A stretch of DNA of 32,000 bases from an uncultured archaeon (GTDB taxonomy: Archaea > Iainarchaeota > Iainarchaeia > Iainarchaeales > JAAZKV01): positions 867,329-899,328 of the forward strand of contig CAZKBG010000001.1 in the NCBI GenBank assembly GCA_964551375.1. Direction: 5' to 3'. Below the pieces are notes generated by a model. That model ran no database searches, had not been told where the DNA came from, and worked only from the letters and a program-made list of their open reading frames with translations. A program made the translations under genes and the position numbers. Shown piece by piece: positions 26,896 through 32,000 of this stretch (position 1 is the stretch's first letter; every line of letters starts with the position of its first letter).

Positions 26896-26941
26896 AATCA
26901 GGTATTAAATTTTTAGGGTGTAGAATAGGCGGGTGTAGAAT

Positions 26942-29563
26942 ATGATAATGAAAAAAATCGGAAGCGTTGATTTCAATTTCCTGGATCCGGAAACAGTAAG
27001 AAAAATGAGTGCAATAGAAATAAAGACTCCTGAAACTTACGACAAAGACGGATACCCAATGGAAGGCGGATTAATGGACCCGCACTTAGGAGTAATTAAC
27101 CCCGGAATAAAATGCAAAACCTGCGGACAGACAATGAAGAACTGCTCAGGACACTTCGGACACCTAGAATTAGAACGCCCAGTAATACACTCAGAATTCG
27201 GAAGAAGAATTGAATTATTAATGAACTGCACATGCAAAGAATGCGGACACCTTTTAATCGCAGACGAACAAATCAAGAAATTAAACGAAGGCGGAAAAGG
27301 AAAAGTAAGCGATTACACAAAAAGAATTTTACTAAAAGCAAAAAATGCTAAAAAGTGCCCACACTGCAGCGCAGCGGTGCACAAAACACAGCTTGACAAA
27401 CCAACAAACTTTTACTTCAACAAGGAAAGAATCTATCCTACTCAGATAAGAGAATGGGTAGAAAAAATTCCTGAAGAACATTTGAAGCTGCTTGGATATG
27501 ACACTACAAGAATCAGACCCGAATGGTTCATCTTAACTTCACTGCAAGTACCTCCAATCACAATCAGACCAAGTATCACACTTGAATCAGGAATAAAATC
27601 TGAAGATGATTTGACTCACAAATTAGTTGATATTATTAGAATCAATAATAGACTTAAGGACAATATTGAAGCAGGAGCACCGCAGTTAATCATAGAAGAC
27701 TTGTGGGACTTGCTACAGTACCACGTAACAACATACTTTGACAACAACACAGCAGGAGTTCCTCCGGCTAAACACAGAAGCGGACGACCTCTAAGAACAA
27801 TTATACAGAGATTAAAAGGAAAGAAAGGAAGATTTAGGTACAATTTGACTGGAAAGAGAGTAAATCACGCAGCAAGATCTACAATCGTTCCTGATCCATA
27901 CATTGACATTTCAGAACTTGGAGTTCCTGAAGAAGCGGCAAAAGAATTAACCGTTCCGGAATTTGTTACTGAATGGAATTTAGAAACAATGAAGAAAATG
28001 GTTGAAAAAAGCGACAAGCCAGTTTACATTATCAGACCAAATGGAACAAGAAGAAAAGTAAGCGAAGAAAACAGAGAAGAAATTTCAAAAGAACTTGATA
28101 TTGGATACAGAGTAGAAAGAAACCTTGAAAACGGAGACATTGTTCTATTCAATAGACAACCATCACTGCACAGAATATCAATGATGGCGCACTACGCAAG
28201 AATAATGCCGGGCAAAGTTTTCAGAATCAACCCAATCGTATGTCCTCCATACAACGCGGACTTTGATGGGGATGAAATGAACTGCCACGTTCCACAAACA
28301 GAAGAAGGAAAAGCAGAAGCAAAAAAACTAATGCTTGTAAGAGACCAAATCATTTCTCCAAGATACGGTAGCCCAGTAATTGCGCCAAAGGAAGACGGCG
28401 TAAGCGGATGCTTCACACTGACAATGCCACAAACAACATTCACAAAAGAAGAAGCAATGCAATTACTTTTCTCAATTGGAGTAACTGATTTGCCAAAAGC
28501 AGACAAAGGCAAAATGTATTCGGGAAAATTAATCTTCTCGCAGATACTTCCAAAAGATTTGAACCTTGAATTTGAATCATTCACAAGCAAGGTATTCAAA
28601 GACGCAGGATACACTCAAGCTGACTCAAAAATAATCAGCGAAATAATGGAAAAAGTAAAAATAGTTGACGGAAAACTTGTAAGCGGAGTAATTGACTCAT
28701 CAGCCCTAAGCGAAGGCAGAGGAAGATTAGTTGACACTCTTGCAAGAGAATACCCAAGCACAGTGATTGAAGAATTCTACAGAGGAATAAACAGAATCAC
28801 AGCATATCTATTAACACACAAAGGAATGACTGCATCACTCTCAGAATTTGAAGTAAGCGATGAAATTGAAGAGCTGAAGAAAAAAGTAATCAGCGATGCA
28901 ATGAAAAAAGCTGAAGTAATAGTTGAACAATACGAAAAAGGAACGCTGGACGTAATCCCGGGAAGAACAATCCTTGAAAGTTTCGAACTTTACATGGTGA
29001 GAATCGCGGGAGAAGCAAAAGACAAAGTGGAAAAAGCAATCCTAAAAGAAAAACTTCACTTCGTGATAGGCGAAGAAATAACACTAAACACAATCTCAAT
29101 GATCCTGGCAAAATCAAGAGGAAGCTCAATTAACCTGATGAACATTGCAGGATTCTGGGGACAGGCAAGCGTAAGAGAAGGAAGACCAAAGAAAGGATTC
29201 TACAAGAGACTAATCACATCAAACGAAAAAGGAGATGTTGGATTACTCGCAGGAGGATTCATAAGATCAAACTTCCTTGACGGAATGAACGCAAAAGAGT
29301 ACTTCTACCACTCAATGGGTGGAAGACAGGGAGAAGTTGACACAGGTGTATCAACAAAAGTATCAGGATACCTGTACAGAAGACTCGCAAACTCATTAAA
29401 GGACTTAGTAGCAGCTCCTGACGGAACAGTAAGAACAGCATCAAACATGCTTGTTCAATACCAGTACGGAGAAGACGGCGTATTCCCTAAGAACACAAAA
29501 GGCGGAATGAGCGTTGATGTAAAAGAAGAATACAAGAAGCTCAAAGACAAGGGCTCCTTGTAA
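26942..29563 (+). CDS. rpoA1: DNA-directed RNA polymerase subunit A'
   Basis: CKTCGQTMKNCSGHFGHLEL, VLFNRQPSLHRISMMAH, YNADFDGDEMNCHVPQTEE catalytic motif, GSSINLMNIAGFWGQ. Confidence 0.98.
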   Translation: MIMKKIGSVDFNFLDPETVRKMSAIEIKTPETYDKDGYPMEGGLMDPHLGVINPGIKCKTCGQTMKNCSGHFGHLELERPVIHSEFGRRIELLMNCTCKECGHLLIADEQIKKLNEGGKGKVSDYTKRILLKAKNAKKCPHCSAAVHKTQLDKPTNFYFNKERIYPTQIREWVEKIPEEHLKLLGYDTTRIRPEWFILTSLQVPPITIRPSITLESGIKSEDDLTHKLVDIIRINNRLKDNIEAGAPQLIIEDLWDLLQYHVTTYFDNNTAGVPPAKHRSGRPLRTIIQRLKGKKGRFRYNLTGKRVNHAARSTIVPDPYIDISELGVPEEAAKELTVPEFVTEWNLETMKKMVEKSDKPVYIIRPNGTRRKVSEENREEISKELDIGYRVERNLENGDIVLFNRQPSLHRISMMAHYARIMPGKVFRINPIVCPPYNADFDGDEMNCHVPQTEEGKAEAKKLMLVRDQIISPRYGSPVIAPKEDGVSGCFTLTMPQTTFTKEEAMQLLFSIGVTDLPKADKGKMYSGKLIFSQILPKDLNLEFESFTSKVFKDAGYTQADSKIISEIMEKVKIVDGKLVSGVIDSSALSEGRGRLVDTLAREYPSTVIEEFYRGINRITAYLLTHKGMTASLSEFEVSDEIEELKKKVISDAMKKAEVIVEQYEKGTLDVIPGRTILESFELYMVRIAGEAKDKVEKAILKEKLHFVIGEEITLNTISMILAKSRGSSINLMNIAGFWGQASVREGRPKKGFYKRLITSNEKGDVGLLAGGFIRSNFLDGMNAKEYFYHSMGGRQGEVDTGVSTKVSGYLYRRLANSLKDLVAAPDGTVRTASNMLVQYQYGEDGVFPKNTKGGMSVDVKEEYKKLKDKGSL

Positions 29564-29582
29564 ATTATTTTTAGCTGACTAA

Positions 29583-30983
<1,401 letters not shown>

Positions 30984-31013
30984 AAGATAGGATTGATTAA
31001 AGTTAAGGGATTT

Positions 31014-31042
31014 GGCGGGAAAAAGCTTCTCGCCAGATTTTT
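31014..31042 (+). terminator. Intrinsic-like terminator after rpoA''
   Basis: GGCGGGA...TCTCGCC 7-bp stem (one G-U) followed by AGATTTTT. Confidence 0.45.
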
Positions 31043-31063
31043 AAACCTTGGCTAAAGTTAAGT

Positions 31064-31072
31064 TTTATATTA
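31064..31072 (+). promoter_or_regulatory. TATA-like promoter for the L30e gene
   Basis: TTTATATTA located about 95 nt upstream of the ATG. Predicted TSS near 31093-31097. Confidence 0.4.
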
Positions 31073-31165
31073 AAGCCTTGAGAAGCATTAGAGCGGAGTA
31101 AGGTTAGAAAAGATTACTCATTCTAAGTTCGCGTTTTAGGGCTCATAACAGCAAAAGGTGAAATT

Positions 31166-31462
31166 ATGAGCGTAGATGCAAATAAGGAAATAAGAAGAGC
31201 AGTAGACACAGGAAAAGTAGCGTTCGGATTCAAACAATGCAAGAAAAAAATGCTTGCAAACGAAGGCGAAATGCTAATCGTGTCAAAAAACATGCCGAAA
31301 AACGATAGAGAAACTCTAAAGCAGATAGCAACAGTTGAAAGCAAAAAATACTACGAATACGACGGAACAGGACTAGTTCTTGGAAGCGTATGCGGAAAGC
31401 CGTTTGTTATATCAACAATGCTAATCCTTGACGCAGGAAAAAGCAAAGTGCTTGAAATCTAA
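31166..31462 (+). CDS. rpl30e: Ribosomal protein L30e
   Basis: KEIRRAVDTGKVAFGFKQCKKKMLANEGEMLIVSKNMPKNDRETL; operon position after rpoA''; GGTGA SD. Confidence 0.93.
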   Translation: MSVDANKEIRRAVDTGKVAFGFKQCKKKMLANEGEMLIVSKNMPKNDRETLKQIATVESKKYYEYDGTGLVLGSVCGKPFVISTMLILDAGKSKVLEI

Positions 31463-31527
31463 AAATGGCGTGAATTTGCTGTAATTAATTTTGCAGCAAA
31501 ATTATTTTTATAAAATTGGTGGGCGAA

Positions 31528-31923
31528 ATGAAACTAACAATGGACGACTTATTATTAATGAGCGCGCTTGAAAAAGTTACAGGCGTCAGCGCAAAAGACT
31601 GCTTAGTTGAAGGACAATTGGTTTCATTCTTGATTAACGAAAAAGACATGGGCAAAGCAATAGGAAAAAAAGCAATAAATGTGAAAACCCTGCAGGAAAA
31701 GCTAAATAAAAGAATAGAACTGCTCCCTTATTTTGAAAAAGCGGAAGATGTATTTGCAAAATCACTTGAAATTGACTACGTTACTGCAAGAAAAACAGCT
31801 GATAAAATAATTGTAATGCTTGATGCGCAGAATAAGGCAAAAGCATTCAAAAACAACTCCAGAATAAAAAGAGTTAGAGAAATAATTCAGAGAAATTTTG
31901 GACTTGAACTAGTTATAAGTTAA
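31528..31923 (+). CDS. nusA: NusA-like transcription factor (KH-domain), likely ATG start at 31528 (track starts at TTG 31516)
   Basis: VEGQLVSFLINEKDMGKAIGKKAINVKTLQEKLNKRIELLPY KH motif (GKAIGKKG-like); conserved order rpoA''-rpl30e-nusA. Confidence 0.9.
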   Translation: MKLTMDDLLLMSALEKVTGVSAKDCLVEGQLVSFLINEKDMGKAIGKKAINVKTLQEKLNKRIELLPYFEKAEDVFAKSLEIDYVTARKTADKIIVMLDAQNKAKAFKNNSRIKRVREIIQRNFGLELVIS

Positions 31924-32000
31924 AAGAACTGCTATGCTAAACTGGATATTTCTCCATAAGTGCCTGGCTAAAATTGTTAGGCTTATTAGTTGGGTTTTTT

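Noticed and set aside
31025-31086. Complementary pair GCTTCTC (31025-31031) and GAGAAGC (31080-31086)
   Set aside because: The arms flank the TATA-like element, so they are unlikely to be in the same transcript leader. The first arm is better explained by the terminator stem.

Overview
Archaeal chromosomal window. Evidence: GGTG-type Shine-Dalgarno sequences before starts, class III (QVxxE) pilin signals, RNA polymerase split as H-B''-B'-A'-A'' followed by L30e and NusA-like, and TATA-type promoters. It may be DPANN-like, but lineage is only inferred. Left part (minus strand): a type IV pilus/adhesion locus with a TadA/GspE-family ATPase (truncated at the window edge), a small wHTH-like protein, a TM-anchored protein, a large vWA protein with an apparent insert inside the vWA fold, and three pilin-like proteins. 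Then come a PPC/DUF296 protein, a Tat-signal protein with a possible JAMM-like signature, and the complete AMMECR1 / MEMO / radical-SAM trio. Middle: a secreted Kazal-domain protein, an NSUN-type RNA m5C methyltransferase, and a GNAT -> [FeFe]-hydrogenase-like -> SPASM radical SAM cluster. Right part: an FN3-like surface protein, a U32 peptidase-family protein, a DUF2203-like protein, and the RNA polymerase operon. Most notable candidates: a stand-alone H-cluster-domain protein next to a peptide-maturase-like radical SAM enzyme, an orphan structured RNA candidate around 19180-19354 (minus), a 22-bp direct repeat bracketing a hairpin element at 16074-16198, a switch-like leader upstream of L30e, and the vWA protein with its nested insert. 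No CRISPR, rRNA or canonical tRNA was recognised. I found no clear defence system. All family calls come from reading motifs by eye.
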